Shown here: positions 29,053-44,616 of the stretch, piece after piece
How positions within the stretch are numbered: the stretch's first letter is position 1
Layout of the letters: the number at the start of each line of letters is the position of its first letter
Assembly (NCBI GenBank): GCA_951406725.2
Contig: OX597830.1
Coordinates: 9,610,001-9,674,000 of the forward strand
Direction: 5' to 3'
DNA: 64,000 nucleotides
Origin: Octopus vulgaris
Taxonomy: Eukaryota
Program-made: the position numbers and the translations under genes
Notes under the pieces: generated by a model
Database searches by the model: none
What the model was told of the DNA's origin: nothing
What the model saw: the letters and a program-made list of their open reading frames with translations, nothing else

Positions 29053-29427
29053 GCAGATTTGCATTTTTGATGTGTGTATTCCCATGCATATATTGGCATA
29101 TCTAGACATGCTCACGTATTTGCTTACCTCTTGAGCTGTTGTTTTTGTTCTGTTCCTCGATTGTGTTGTTGTTGATGTTGTGTCCAGCCATGTTGTTTGT
29201 AGTAACTCTCTGCAGGCTAAATTCGAGTTTCAGGACAATCGAGAATAAAAGGCCCCTTCAGTTAATTCATCTGGAGATTAACCAGTTATTTATCAAAAAT
29301 GATAGATGTGGCTCCAAAGTCGGAGCTAGTTATTCATTGTATTTTCGATAAACAATCTCCCACGACAAAAAACGCGACTTGTCGCTTCATGTTTGTATGT
29401 ATGTATGTATGTAAATAATAATAAATG

Positions 29428-29668
29428 CGCCCTTTTAAAGTCTAGCCAGGCTCATGGGCCCGGTTTCCCGGTTTCTATGTCGTATGTGTTTTCCCAGGTG
29501 GACGGGACGCCAGTCCATCGCTGCGTTACTCATTTTTGCTAGCTGAATGGACTGGAGCAACGTGAAATGAAGTGTTTTGCTCAAAAACACAACGCGTCAC
29601 CCGATCCAGGAATCGAAACCACAATCTTGCGATCGTGGTGCTGACACCCTGACCACTAAGCTACACGT
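29428..29668 (-). mobile_element. tRNA/CORE-like SINE with alternative 3' module (diverged copies ~30310-30540, 36115-36237, 45490-45720)
   Basis: Shares CTGGAGCAACGTGAAAT.AAGTG..TTGCTC with 1136-1472, but its 3' part contains GCGATGGACTGGCGTCCCGTCC. Confidence 0.7.
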
Positions 29669-29704
29669 CTCCACATGTATGTATATGTGTAGTATTTGGG
29701 GTCA

Positions 29705-30107
29705 GGCGCAGGAGTGGCTGTGTGGTAAGTAGCTTGCTAACCAACCACATGGTTCCGAGTTCAGTCCCACTGCGTGGCATCTTGGACAAGTGTCTTCTAC
29801 TATAGCCCCGGGCCGACCAATGCCTTGTGAGTGGATTTGGTAGACGGAAACTGAAAGAAGCCTGTCGTATATATGTATATATATATGTATGTGTGTGTGT
29901 CTGTGTTTGTCCCCCTAGCATTGCTTGACAACCGATGCTGGTGTGTTTACGTCCCTGTTACTTAGCGGTTCGGCAAAAGAGACCGATAGAATAAGTACTG
30001 GGCTTACAAAGAATAAGTCCTGGGGTCGATTTGCTCGACTAAAGGCGGTGCTCCAGCATGGCCGCAGTCAAATGACTGAAACAAGTAAAAGAGTAAAGAG
30101 TAAAGAG
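29705..30107 (+). mobile_element. Dominant SINE, full length
   Basis: GGCGCAGGAGTGGCTGTGTGG..GAAACAAGTAAAAGAGTAAAGAG. Confidence 0.92.
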
Positions 30108-30260
30108 TGCAGATTTGTATGTATTGTTTTATGTATGTAGTCTCATTCATATAGCTGCATGTCTAGAGATGCGCATATACACTTAAATGATAAACTTCTG
30201 GAAAGCTTTACATATTTCTGCAGCTCCAGTGATGGTTTGTATCTGCATTAAAGTAAAGTC
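30108..30260 (-). mobile_element. REL-type LINE 3' end (another 3' UTR fragment at ~29050-29120)
   Basis: Minus strand reads ..ITGAAEICKAFQKFII* plus a UTR homologous to the 3' end of the element at 51790-53040 (ITGTVKKICETFQKFIT*). Confidence 0.7.
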
Positions 30261-30612
30261 CTCTGGACATTGTTGTGTCGAATTCTAGCACTGATAGGGC
30301 TGTTTACGTAGTTACGTGGTTACCCAGTTTCTGTGACATATAAATGGCCGAAAGCACAACATTCCTATTGAACGGGACACCAGTCCGTTGCTGGAGTATT
30401 AGCATTTATAACTGACTGGACTGCAGCGAGGTGAAATAAAGGGTTTTGCTCAAGTACACAAAGCACAGAACGGCCAAGGGATCAAAAGCACGATCAAAAT
30501 CTGGAAATTGCGAATTTAAAACCCTAACCGCCAGCCCGTGGGTGAACACAAATACTTGCATAAACATATATGAAATATTTGAAGTTTTGTTTGCTTTTCT
30601 CCCTCCCATCCT

Positions 30613-30689
<77 letters not shown>

Positions 30690-30697
30690 CATCTATC

Positions 30698-31021
30698 TGT
30701 GATACACGATCCCTATTGATCGTTCTTTTTTTTCCTCTTCCCCTTTTTTTTCCCCTTTTTTCTTCTTTTTTCATTTCTCTTTCCTTTTGTTCCTTTCCTT
30801 TTCTTTTTTTTTCTTTTTATTCTTTTTATTTTATTCAATTTTTGTTGTTGTTTTTTTTTGTTTTTGTTCTTTTCTTCCCTTTTACGATCCCTCTTGATCG
30901 AAAACCTACGCCACCCCCTTTTTTTTTCTTTTGTTTTTTGTTCTCTTCATTCCCCAAAAGAAAAGCTCTACCTTGTAACTTGTCCCATCTGTGTGCAGTC
31001 CTGTGTGGCCAATAAAGAAAC
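30698..31021 (+). mobile_element. 3' end of a retroelement embedded in (TATC)n; second copy 48185-48490 on minus
   Basis: Ends ..AAGCTCTACCTTGTAA..TGTGCAG.CCTGTGTGGC.AATAAAGAAAC followed by (TATC)n; both copies have GATA repeats on both sides. Confidence 0.7.
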
Positions 31022-31069
31022 TTATCTCTCTATCTATCTATCATCTATCTATCTACCTATTTCTCCATC

Positions 31070-31159
<90 letters not shown>

Positions 31160-31168
31160 GATCTATCG

Positions 31169-31201
<33 letters not shown>

Positions 31202-31482
31202 CCTATCTATCTATCCATCTGTCTGTCTATCTATGTTTCTTTCTGTCTGTGTATGTATGTATATATGTATGTATGTATATATCTATCTGTCTGTCTGTCT
31301 ATCCCTCCCTCTCTCTCCTACCTACCTATCTATCTATCTGGCTACCCTCTCTACTTTCCTTGTTTTACATTCATTGCCATTGTTAACATCTTATCTCTTA
31401 TTTCCACCCTTTCCTTCCCCCATCCTTTGTACTCCTCCTTCCTATCCTTTACTCCCTCTTTCTCATCGGTCTCATCCTCCTC

Positions 31483-31519
<37 letters not shown>

Positions 31520-31909
31520 GACAAACCCCTTGTCATTCTTCTTCTGCAGACATCCAGACATGCCAATGTTCAACCTCATAGTTTCACTTCAGTTCCCATC
31601 CATCCTCCACACGCGATAATCCTTCCTCACTTCTTGAAATGATTCCCCCAAATTTATTTTTAGAAATATGTCATATGGCATTATTTTGGTTCGCGAAGTT
31701 TGGTTTAGGTGATTCTTCGTTCCAAAATAAGTAAACACAACGCGATGTCTTTACGTCGATGGTGTCAGATAGTTCAAGCTGGGCGTCATACAGTTGTCGG
31801 AATAACCGATCCTAAAAGCCAATGACGTCGGCTGCAAGTCACGCAGACAAACGCATAAACACATTTACGGATGTATATATAAGTATGTACATATAGGCAT
31901 TTATATATG

Positions 31910-31950
<41 letters not shown>

Positions 31951-32137
31951 CATATTTATATATATGTATGCATGTATATATATATATATGTATACATACA
32001 TATATATGTATACATATATATATACATGTATATATATTATATGTACGCATACATACGCACACATATATAACTCTCTCTGTCTCTTTAACTATATACACAA
32101 ATGTACATACATATAAATACACACACACACATAAAGT

Positions 32138-33037
<900 letters not shown>

Positions 33038-33295
33038 ACAATCCTATCGGAATCAAGTAGAATGTGGTGAAAAAAAGTTCAAACATGGAAGATAAAGGTT
33101 TACGTCATTTGTTTTGTGTTGGTGACGTAGTTTGGTGCACTTTATTTCCTTCTTTCGTTGGAAGTTAGGCTGTCTTCATCAACGCCTTGTGTGTATGTGG
33201 GTGTAATGTATATACGTGTGTGCGTGTGTGTGTGCGAGTATGTGTGAATGTGCGTCCGTATACACACATACACACACACACACATACACACACAC

Positions 33296-33335
<40 letters not shown>

Positions 33336-33559
33336 ACATATACACTTATATATGCACTATATACAAACAATGAAAACACCACTTTTTACTTATTTTTTTA
33401 TCGGTAATATTACAAATTGAAAACTGTTCCTGTCTGTATAAATACACACACACACACGTTCATATGCATTATGTATAGCTTATATTTCATGGTGCAGCAT
33501 TCTGTTTTTTTCTTTTTCCACTTGTTTTTTGTTTTGTTTTTTTGCGTGACCTGTCTGGT

Positions 33560-34400
33560 TTCCAAAGAGGTCAATTGTTGGAACGAGAGATGCAGCCCCT
33601 AAGATCATGGTAGCATTCTACAACAAGAAATAACTAGTTCTTTCAAGCATAATTGTACACGGAAAGAAAAACACACTAATGCCATCGCAGAATCGTAAAA
33701 TATATTGTGTCCAAGAAAAGCCAATGAACCATAACAGCAAAAGTGACAAAAGAGCTAAGCCACAATTTTGCCAACCGTGTGACAACCAAAGCCTTTTGTT
33801 GCTTAATACCGTGGCAAGATTGCAACTACTGAATTTCTGTTCCTCATTAAGCGGGATAAAATGGTATCTTCTCTACAAAAGCGATCAATGGCTCGTTGGA
33901 GAAAAAACGTCATCTTTGATGAATCATCATTCACCTTTTTTTTCCATTTCGGGGCGAGTTTATGTTAGGAGACAGTGACGAAGAAACAAACAAAATCCAG
34001 CCTCGACTATTTGGTCTCTACAATGAAGCTTGAAGATGCCTCTGTGAGGAATTGTTACTACGGAATTCTTTTAGCCAAGAGCTATCTGAGTATTTTATCT
34101 GACCACACCCATGTCATTGTAGAAACATCGTTCCATGGTATTAGCGCAATCTTCCAGAGCAACAACGCGCAGATTCCTACGACTATTGTTATTCAAAAAT
34201 AGTACGAAGATCACAAAGATCCAGTAGAACATGGGTATTGGGCCTGCACAATAACTGGTTCTCATGATAAACAATCATTTATGGTGCATTTTGGAGCATA
34301 TAGTGAAGAGCTGCTTTCTTGCACCATCGTCGCGCAAAATGTGTAAAACAAATCTTACTTGAAGAATGACATAAAATTCCCCTAAAATGGGTTCAAATTA
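33560..34400 (+). mobile_element. Heavily decayed Tc1-like transposase remnant
   Basis: ..FDESSFTFFSISGRVYV.. and ..AIFQSNNAQI..IQK.. resemble the Tc1 SDES and FQQDNAP motifs; many stops. Confidence 0.5.
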
Positions 34401-34670
34401 CGGGTACATTTATATATATGCATAACATATGGTATAATTATAAACAGGGCAAATTTTTCAGCCATTTCTCCGCAGAGCGAAAAAATGGTGAAGAACCTTC
34501 ATCGATTTTCGAACTTTATTGGGTTGCATCCACATCATTTTGACAATCTCCAGAGAAACAAGTAGTCAAACTGTTTATATATTCAACAATTGCAGCAGTT
34601 ACTTTATGAAGGAGTCCCTAATTTGCATACCGAAAGTGTTTAACACTCTATAAACAGCAGCGGCCTGTCA

Positions 34671-34713
<43 letters not shown>

Positions 34714-35021
34714 CATACATTCATATATATGCGTAAAATTAATCGCCGCATCAAGGTGGCTGTTCCAAGTTATACTTTTTAACCCCAGGCGGATCTTCCG
34801 CCACTGGTTATCGGTGCAGCGCGGCACTCTATATATACAATATATATTGCTAGTCGGGGGAGCGAACCCCTACCGTCCTCTAGCAAATAACATGATTGTG
34901 AGACTGACTCAGTTTCGAGTTGGTTGGCTCATCCTGCAAATCAGTGATCGATGGTCGCTTTGTTTACAATACATTGCTGGCTGAAGCAGACCCTGGCTAT
35001 CGCTCTAGCGAACAGGTACTC

Positions 35022-35068
35022 GCAACTGAAGACGAGCCAACTGAAGACAGGTCGAAACTGTTGTCTGC
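35022..35068 (+). ncRNA. Hammerhead-like motif inside ~120-bp inverted arms
   Basis: GCA-A-CTGAAGA..GGTC-GAAAC-TGTT-GTC-TGC, with an internal AACTGAAGAC duplication; arms 34770-34892 and 35059-35184. Confidence 0.6.
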
Positions 35069-35236
35069 TAGAAGATGGTAGGGATTCACTCCCTCCGCTG
35101 GCAATATATATGCGTATATAGGGTGCAGCGCTGCACCGATAATCAGCTGGCGGAAGATCCGCCTGAGATTAAAGTAGTACATAATTGACATTATTTACAT
35201 TTGACGGGTATTTGTCCTCATCTTGTTTGTTGTTAG

Positions 35237-35278
35237 CACAACGTTTCGGCTGGTTTACTCTCCAGCCTTCATCAGGTG
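35237..35278 (-). ncRNA. Intact minimal hammerhead ribozyme (family B)
   Basis: Minus strand CAC-CTGATGA-A-GGCTGG-AGAGTAAA-CCAGCC-GAAAC-GTT-GTG. Confidence 0.85.
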
Positions 35279-35675
35279 TCTTGGGGACACGTTGTGTTAA
35301 CAACAAAAAAGATGAGAACAAATATCTGTCTAATGTAAATAATGTACATAATTCCCCATCTCTTAAATATAGAACTGTATTAAATTAGTAGTAACATGGA
35401 GCTGCCACATGTGGCAAATAACTTGACGTGTCAACAGAGTTACTACTCTGATCTCTTCTTGAGATTTACAACTGGCTATTTTGCTTATATATATATATAT
35501 ATATATATCAATATCATTATTGCCACAAGCGTCTGATGAGCGGTTACTTGAAACTCTCAGGAACAGGTTTTAGGTCATTCTTGAATTCTAATAAAATAAT
35601 ATACAACTCTAGATTTGGTACCCGAGTACAATTTTCTCCACGTTGTTTTTCATCTGTGTGCTTACATGCGCGCGC

Positions 35676-35710
<35 letters not shown>

Positions 35711-36237
35711 AATTATGATAAAGGGTTAAATGCAACAAGTTGCTCAAAACCACATACCGAAAATATTAGAAATAGCAGCCAAATAGGTCACTTTTTCTAC
35801 TACTAGTAAAAACGTCTCCACAAACAAACAGAATTTGTAACTCGTATATGGCAAAGAGAAAGAAGACAACGAAATCCCAGCCTATTGGATTAATTATAGA
35901 CGAATCCGTTTCTGGATTAGAATATATATACACAAGACGGGACTCTGCCGTCGTTAGACGACGTAGGTAGGTTCGGTAATTTCTTGCCAAATAACCACAC
36001 AGAAAACGATTTGTTTATAGTGATCAAATGTTTGTGTACACATAAGCTCATTCGTTGCATCAAATCGACACTAACTGTACAGGTGCACCATGTGCCCACG
36101 TGTCAGATGACGAAATGATCGTAGAGCAACGTGAAATGAAGTGCTTTGCTCAATAATTCAACGCAACACCCGGTTTGGGAATCGAACCTGCGATCTCGCA
36201 ATTGTGAATGCAATACCCTACCACTAAGCCATGCTCC

Positions 36238-36291
<54 letters not shown>

Positions 36292-38029
36292 AACATTTAT
36301 ATATATATGTATATATATATATATATATATTAACGGCGGTGCATCAGCATGGCCGCAGCTCTGAGCTGAAACTAGAAAAAAAAATATATATGTATGTGTG
36401 CATATCATATTCATGAAATGGATCCGCTACCTCACACCACCAATTGTCATAATTTTTTACAGTGATGTCTTTCTGTTTATTTGATTAGCATTTAGACACC
36501 TTCTCTGAACTAAAATTCTCCTCGGCCATTTTTTACTGCGCATAACTTATATTTCGCTTATTACCATACACGCATTTATAGTTTTATCTCCGTATCCCGT
36601 TAAGTCATCACATCCCACGCTGAAAATAAACTAAAACCTATGACAAAATGTTCGGCGCAATATTTTGTACTTTAATTACTGTTGCTTTTAGGTTGTCGCT
36701 ATTATGGCTGAATCTGGTACCCAACCAGAAAACAAGTATATTATCTAGTTACATTTGCGCATCCACGACACATTGTCTCAACAGGGGTACTATAGGCTTC
36801 TAGCCGTGCGTCGTTCTGATTAATATCTATATTTAGAAGACATCTTTTGATGGGGTGTACATCGTATTGTCTTACACTCTTGGCGTCATATCTCGTCGAC
36901 AGAGACTTTCCCATAAAGTTAAACATCTTGATTCTTTGAATAGCCGCCCCACCAACACTTCGTGCTGAAATATGCTGCTAAACAAAGACATATAGACCTT
37001 CACTTTGTACCATCCTTGTTCATTTAAATCTGTGATCGACAAAGTGTCACAATTTTGCCAACTGTGAGTCATCAAAAGCCTTGTGTGCTTCATGGCCCTA
37101 GACGCCATGGAAAGGCTGCAACTGCTAAACTTTTCGTGTTTCCCATTAACACTGATAACTGGAAGAAAATGGTGTCTAGTCTATCAGAATTGATCAATGG
37201 CTCAATGCAAAAAAAAAGAACAATGTCATCTCTGATGAAACCGCATTCACTTTTTTCCTCACTTCAGTCTGGAAACCTTAAAAGTCTTCAACTCCGGTGG
37301 GAAGTGTCTATAAGGTTATCCAAGGATTTATTAGACACCCAAAGCAATTTACAGCATTAAGGGTGCTTAATCATTAACGAACTGAATTTTGAAGAGCGAA
37401 GTATAGTTTCAAGCGAAAATTTCCGGCCAAATACCGATGCAATGTTAACTAATATTCACCAAACACATAATTCATATTAAATATTCAAACTATATCAATG
37501 GAATACGAACTGAACTTTTATTCAGTGTTTTCATTAAGTTTCTCTAAATATTTCAAATTACAAAGAAGTAATGACACAAAAGAACGAAGGAATTACCTCT
37601 TTTAAATCAGGTTTTTTTTTTATTGATTATGCTCTTTAGTTTAATTTTAGAATTTTCTATGATGGGGTGGGGGGTAAATAAACTGTGAATGACACTATGA
37701 AAGAATCAGCCGAATAAGATGTCAATCGTATCCTGGATTAAATAATTGTTGCACCAGTTTAACTTTGTTTATTTTTTAGAACTCTCTGGCGAAGAAAATT
37801 TTGTTGACAGAGAACAAGTTAAATCGTAGTTGTTGCTGCTCTTGTTTAGCTCCTGTCTTAGACGTTGGGATCACTTCTCCTTTTCATTGTGTATGTAGGA
37901 TTGTACTATAAAATATGCCCTATTTTTTAAAGACTGGTGTCTTAAAAACCACTTGTGTAAAACCAGTGTTGTTCTATAAAAGCAGAGTAATACCAAAACC
38001 GAAGTCCGTAATATTACAACTACAAAAGA

Positions 38030-38485
38030 CAGCTGAAACGTTGGCTTGCCAGACAAAATGCTTAGCCGCAAATTCGTCCGTCTTTACGTTTTGAGTTCAA
38101 GTTTCGCCGATGTCGACTTTGCCTTCCATCCTTTCGGGATCGATAAAATAAGCAGCAGTTAAGCTCTAGGGTCGATGTAATAGAGTTACACACTCTCTCG
38201 AAATTGCTGGCCTTGTGCCAGAATTTGAGACCAATATGATAGTTACCTAAATGATCCCCTTAAGTGAAATTTGAATGCCGTCTTGGCATTCGGTGTATAT
38301 TGATTTACAAAAGTGATGGATTGGCAGAGTTGGTGGAGCGTTAGAGCTTTTATATTATGAGTTCAAATCGCACCCTGATCAACGTTGCCTTTCACACCTC
38401 GATAAAATAAAGTACCAGTGATATACTGGGGTCGGTGATATTGTCTGGCCCTTCCACTCAAAATTGCTGGCAATGTGTCTAAATG
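38030..38485 (+). mobile_element. Two diverged Meta-like SINE copies (38030-38235 and 38320-38485)
   Basis: GAGTTCAA..GACTTTGCCTTCCATCCTTTCGGGATCGATAAAATAAG..AAATTGCTGGC. Confidence 0.7.
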
Positions 38486-38620
38486 AGAGTGTGTCAATAG
38501 CCAGCAGCAGGAGATGTCTTTCATTCTACCCGAGTGTTAAACTAATGCACCTACTTGCTGTTCCTATACTTATCTTCGTCGTTTGTTTTCTGTAAATTTG
38601 AACTATATATGTATATATGT

Positions 38621-38672
<52 letters not shown>

Positions 38673-39400
38673 GCATGCAAATATATGTATATATATATAC
38701 ACACAAATATATACAGTTCAAATTACATACATTTAAATACATATAACTTCATACATACACATAGATATATGTATATATGTATAGGCACACACAAACATAT
38801 ATACATACATACATATATATATTAATTAAATTGATAGCGTGCATATTTGTGACCGTTTCGCCTCCATAGTTGTTCAAGAGCTAGCATTTGTTCCCTGATA
38901 ATTAATTCTTTAACGACGAACTATAAACCCAAGCCCTTAATCCCTACATATTCTCCCAAGCTTCTGATATTGGATAATCTGAATTATGAAGAAGCACTAC
39001 ATAACCTTCCAATAATAAACAGAAAATATTAATATGAAACCACTAACCCCTAGCCACCATTTTTGTATGATTGCGAGGCAATATGTCGGAGAACAGACTA
39101 AACAGCATTTAAATGGCTACCGAACGATGTTCACATCCGTCTGTGGGATTGTCCATGTATTAACTCTTTTCTATGACGCCAATTCTAAGGATTGTTCTAC
39201 GTTTAATGCCAAATTTTGGTGCCACGGTTTCTAATATTTTCCAGATGGAAATAATTATTGACGTCTTCTTCCTCTGCTCTTAGGTTTTGCTGTAAATCCT
39301 CCGAATCGTTATAGGTTCCAATAAAATTAAACCTATCAGAATTTACACACGCTTCAGTGCGGAAGCGCACATTAGGCGGGTATATGTATATATATGTATG

Positions 39401-39438
<38 letters not shown>

Positions 39439-40025
39439 CATACATATAAATATATACATATATACATACATGCATACATACATAAATACGGACATACAGA
39501 CATATATACATAACACACACGCACATATATATATATACATATGTGTGCATGTATGCATATATATTATGGATGTACATATATATTGTATGTATATATAAAC
39601 ATATATGTATGTATGCATGTAGATGTACATATATACGTGTGTGTGTATGTGTTTGCGTGTGTGTGTGTATATGTATGCATATATACATGTATATACATAT
39701 GCACACGTACATATATATACTTGTGTGTGTATGTATGTATATGTTATGTGTGTATATAGACTGTATATATATATATATATGTATGTATGTATATATACAT
39801 ATATATGTATGTGTCTGTTTGTGCATGCATGTGTGTGTATGTGTGTGTAAATAATATATACATGCATATTTATGAATATTTGCTTGCACACACACGCATA
39901 TGTATATATATATATATATCCGTGTGTACGTGTGTGTATTACATATATACGTGTGTAGGTATATAATATATTTATATATACACAAATATACATACTATAC
40001 ACACATAATACAATATACATTTACA

Positions 40026-40070
<45 letters not shown>

Positions 40071-40559
40071 CGGAAAGGTAGATAGAGTTGCCATTAAGAG
40101 ACAGAAAGAGTCACAAACGGACGATATGTTTGTGTTTTTGCATGTCTTGGAATATACATGCAATTAATTCAGAAATCTCCCGCTACTGTGTAAGGCACCG
40201 AGTATGCTTGGTGCGCTCTGTGTTCAGTGATAGAAACTCTGGGTTCTTCCTTTGGCACTAAAAGACTCTTTTCTTAAGCTCGTATTATCTAAAGTCCAAG
40301 TAACAACTTAACAACCAATCGAGTAAATCTTTATTGAGACCTGTTGTACCCTGTAATCGACATTAAAAATTGTGAAGTACACAAATTGAAGAACATTTTG
40401 AGAAATTCTATATACGAGATACTCGGCCAATGTCCGCTCTGAGAAAGCCCCATTTTTAACGATTTCTATTATTTTATTCATAAGTATTGGCTAGCCAGAT
40501 AAACTCTTTCGTTTCTTTCCAATGTTTGAATAAATACAAAATGTATTTTTATCGATTTT

Positions 40560-40940
40560 GATATTTGAATAAATTTTACCCCTTTTCAGACTCATGACCT
40601 TTGAATGCCAAACAGAAAGAAATTAGCATTTTCGACACCTGGCTCTCTTCGTTTCCTGTCATAGTTCCAAAGCTGTCAAAGCCACTTAAGATATTTGTGC
40701 TGTGTACGTAGAATATACTATTAGTGAAAGAACAACCCAGGAATGGTTTTCTCACTTCGTGGAGAGTGAAGTCGACCTCTCAAAATTTCCACGTTTCGGC
40801 CGACACATTCAGTTCAATTGGAGATCGAATGAACGAGTGTTTCCATGGGTTCAGCACCAGTCTACTAGAGACTAGTCCAGCTTATGGTATACTCTCATGG
40901 TACCGTCACCTTCACCTTCATTCGGTTACATTAAAATAAA
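40560..40940 (+). mobile_element. Decayed mariner 5' (HTH) remnant
   Basis: HFRHL.LF..KA.KA..DICAVY..TISERTTQEWFS.F..DL resembles a mariner N-terminus. Confidence 0.55.
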
Positions 40941-41061
40941 TGGGTGGGGAAAAGAAAACCATCGAATGTTTCTGACAACTCGTTGGAATCGGAATGCTTA
41001 CCAAAGAAAAATTTAGTTGAAACCTCATTTCCATCACGCACGAACACACACGCACATGTAT

Positions 41062-41094
<33 letters not shown>

Positions 41095-41732
41095 GATACC
41101 AGATTTCCGGAAGTCATGTTGAACATAAATTCAACAGGAAATATATTGGTTTCACTTAGAAATGTCAAGGCTGGTAATCATTGTTAATTACTTTCTTGAG
41201 TAATATACCTGAGTTCAAATTCTGCTACGGTCAGTTCTATCTATTTTCCCTGCAGGGACAATAAGACATTGTCGCGGTTACGGCAGTTGATTCAAACATT
41301 CACTTCACAGAGTTCAGTCCCTATGCGGCGCCTTAAGGAGAATCTTCCACCATCTCGTCGGATCAATATATGTAGGAAACCTTAGGAGGCACCTTTATTG
41401 TTTCCGTGTGACAGATTCGATCTGCTGCACGGTTTAGCAGACTCACCTGTCCCCCTCCGCTCCTGGCGTACTTTAGTAGAGTCCATTATGTTGAAAGTGT
41501 ATGAAACAATATACCTGTCATTCCCATTCCATCCCATGAGATGCTTCAGGGTTTGTTATCCCTTACCAGAATTAAGATACATTCAAACGCATTGCATACA
41601 TATATGCATATGTTCATATAACTACCAAAATATGTATATATATACATATGTGTGCGTATGTGTATGTGTACGAATGTGCGCGTGTCTGTGCGTGTACATG
41701 TGCAAATACTAGTGCATTATCTATCTGTGTGA

Positions 41733-41790
<58 letters not shown>

Positions 41791-41886
41791 GGAATTTACA
41801 AAAAAAATAAAACGAAACAAAAACCGCAGACTGGTTTGCAAACAGCAAACAGATGTATTAGTTTAACGCTCGTGAAGTGAGAAAGT

Positions 41887-41922
41887 CTTTTAGGTTTCGA
41901 GCCTATGCTCTTCAACAGAAAG
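41887..41922 (-). ncRNA. Minimal hammerhead-like motif (family A')
   Basis: Minus strand CTTT-CTGTTGA-A-GAGC-ATAG-GCTC-GAAAC-CTA-AAAG. Confidence 0.55.
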
Positions 41923-42941
41923 GAACAGAAAGAAACGGAGAAAAAAAATGGTTTAGTGGCTAGTGATCAACTGACACATACCTTTCTGATTATCTTTCTA
42001 TTCATGTGCCCCTTGAGGGTCCATATAATTTTTTTTAGTCCATGCAACAAAATAGCAAAATTGGGCATCCACAGCAGTATTTTCAGGGCCCCTGAAAAAC
42101 TTCGCTTTTGCATTGGTATGTATTGCAAGAAACAGCTAGATGTCTTTCTCCAAGACTTTAGATAGTTCGACCTACACAAATTAATGTGTGAAAAATAAAA
42201 TAGAAATTTTGAAAGAAGTTTCTTTAAAAATAGTTTTTAAACATCGAATGGTTATAAGAAGGGGGCACCACAATAAAATAGTAATCAGAGGGGTTCATAG
42301 ATCAAAAACCCCTGATCTAGAGTAAGGAACCAGTTCTGTAACAGCTTCGGTTTTAAGAGCCCTTAACTTTCCAACGTTCTGCCAGGCAACCCCAGATATC
42401 TGCAAGGTGGAGATGTGGACACAATAGGAACCATTTTTATCTGAGGTTCCGGAAGGAAAAACTGCTCTGTCCAGTTTGCATCTCCACAAACAGCTCCGTA
42501 GTGGAAATCAGGAAGCGAATGTGAAAGAAAAAAGATAGTCACATTACAGACATTGGCCCAGTATGACCGCAGCTTTTGGATGAAACCAGTAGAAGTAAAA
42601 CTAAAGCTATCTATCTATCTAACAATCTATCTATCTATTTATCTATCTATCTAGTTATCTATCAATTTATCTATCTATATATGTGTGTGTAAGTGGGCAA
42701 ACATTTTTCTTATTTGTTTATATATTTACGTATTTACTTCTTGAACAGAACTGGCAAATTATATGGAAAGAAAAAAAATTATACACGTGACATTGTACTT
42801 GTTATAATTCCTTCTAGGACTGTCCAGCGAAATGCTATTATCACCGATCTGACACTATTTTCATAAGTCCAATACACTCGAAACTCTCATTCCGTGAGTC
42901 ACTCTGTTGCTTCTGCTAAACACACACACACACACATACAA

Positions 42942-43005
<64 letters not shown>

Positions 43006-43117
43006 ACACATACATACTCACACATATACACACAAACGCATATATACATATATATATCCTCTCATATCTCTCTTTTTCTGTTTACATTATATATACATAC
43101 ATACATGCATACATGCA

Positions 43118-43153
<36 letters not shown>

Positions 43154-43748
43154 TATTATTGTGTCTGGGGAGAGTATATATGTATGTATATATATATGTA
43201 TATATATACATATACATATATATATATGTGTAAATATATATGTATGCACGCATATATGTACGTATGTATGCATGCATGTATATATGTAGTATGTAAGTGT
43301 ATGCGTCTTGTGGTGATATATACATTCGTACATACATACAGACATATCTAATATACACGCATAAACATATACATATATATTTTCTCACGTATTCTTAGGT
43401 GTATTTGACGATTGGGATTATATAAGCAATACAGTTTGATTCCTTATAAGTTACCGTTTGATAAGAGATAAAACAGGACTCACCCCACCCACCTCACACA
43501 CATAATTAAATCTTTATTATGACTCTGTGAGATTAAGACAGTCATTGATAAGGTTGCAGTTCTAGAACATTCGTTGAATGGCAATTCCATAGAGGAGGGA
43601 TATTCGCTTGAAATTCGTTTTAAGCGAAACAAAAATAATGCCATTCACCGGATATCGCAAGAGTTGAAACAAGTTGCAAACGAGAAGAATCGGTTTCCTC
43701 GAATGATAGCTGTATGTTGCTTTGGAGATTGGTTCTTAAAGAAATGTA

Positions 43749-43788
<40 letters not shown>

Positions 43789-43984
43789 TGAGTGTGTGAG
43801 TGGTAGGGATACATCTGGTATCACTTAGCCTTCCAGGTCTGGTTTTCTCATCGGTAAATACACATCTCTAGTCTTTACAGCATCACTGTTTGTCAGTTTC
43901 TTCTTACACCAAACACAAACACATCACACACGCTTGAATACGTATACACATACACATGTGTACATACATCTTTATATATATGTA

Positions 43985-44036
<52 letters not shown>

Positions 44037-44079
44037 TGTATATATGCAAAGATATAAATAAGTCTGTATAGATAAATTC

Positions 44080-44110
<31 letters not shown>

Positions 44111-44318
44111 TACATAACTAGGCACACAAACACACTTACACACACACTCATATATATGTAGATGTGTGTGGATGTTAAGTACTGTACCCGAAAAATATTC
44201 AAGTTCAAATAAAAATGAACGCAAAGAGGTTAAACACTTTTAGCATTCCCTTGGGGTGTGTGTGTGTGTGTGTGTGTGTGTCTATGTATATAAGTGATTG
44301 TATATATATATGTGCATC

Positions 44319-44360
<42 letters not shown>

Positions 44361-44401
44361 ATATGATGCACATATATACATATTTATGTGTATATATATA
44401 T

Positions 44402-44562
44402 GCGCAGGAGTGGCTGTGTGGTAAGTAGCTTGTTAATCAACCACATGGTTCCGGGTTCAGTCCCACTGCGTGGAATCTTGGGCAAGTGTCTTCTACTATA
44501 GCCCCGGACCGACCAATGCCTTGTGAGTGGATTTGGTAGACGGAAACTGAAAGAAGCCTGTC

Positions 44563-44616
<54 letters not shown>

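Noticed and set aside
36741-37360. Possible coding remnant on minus
   Set aside because: Short ORFs without a recognisable motif or splice structure.
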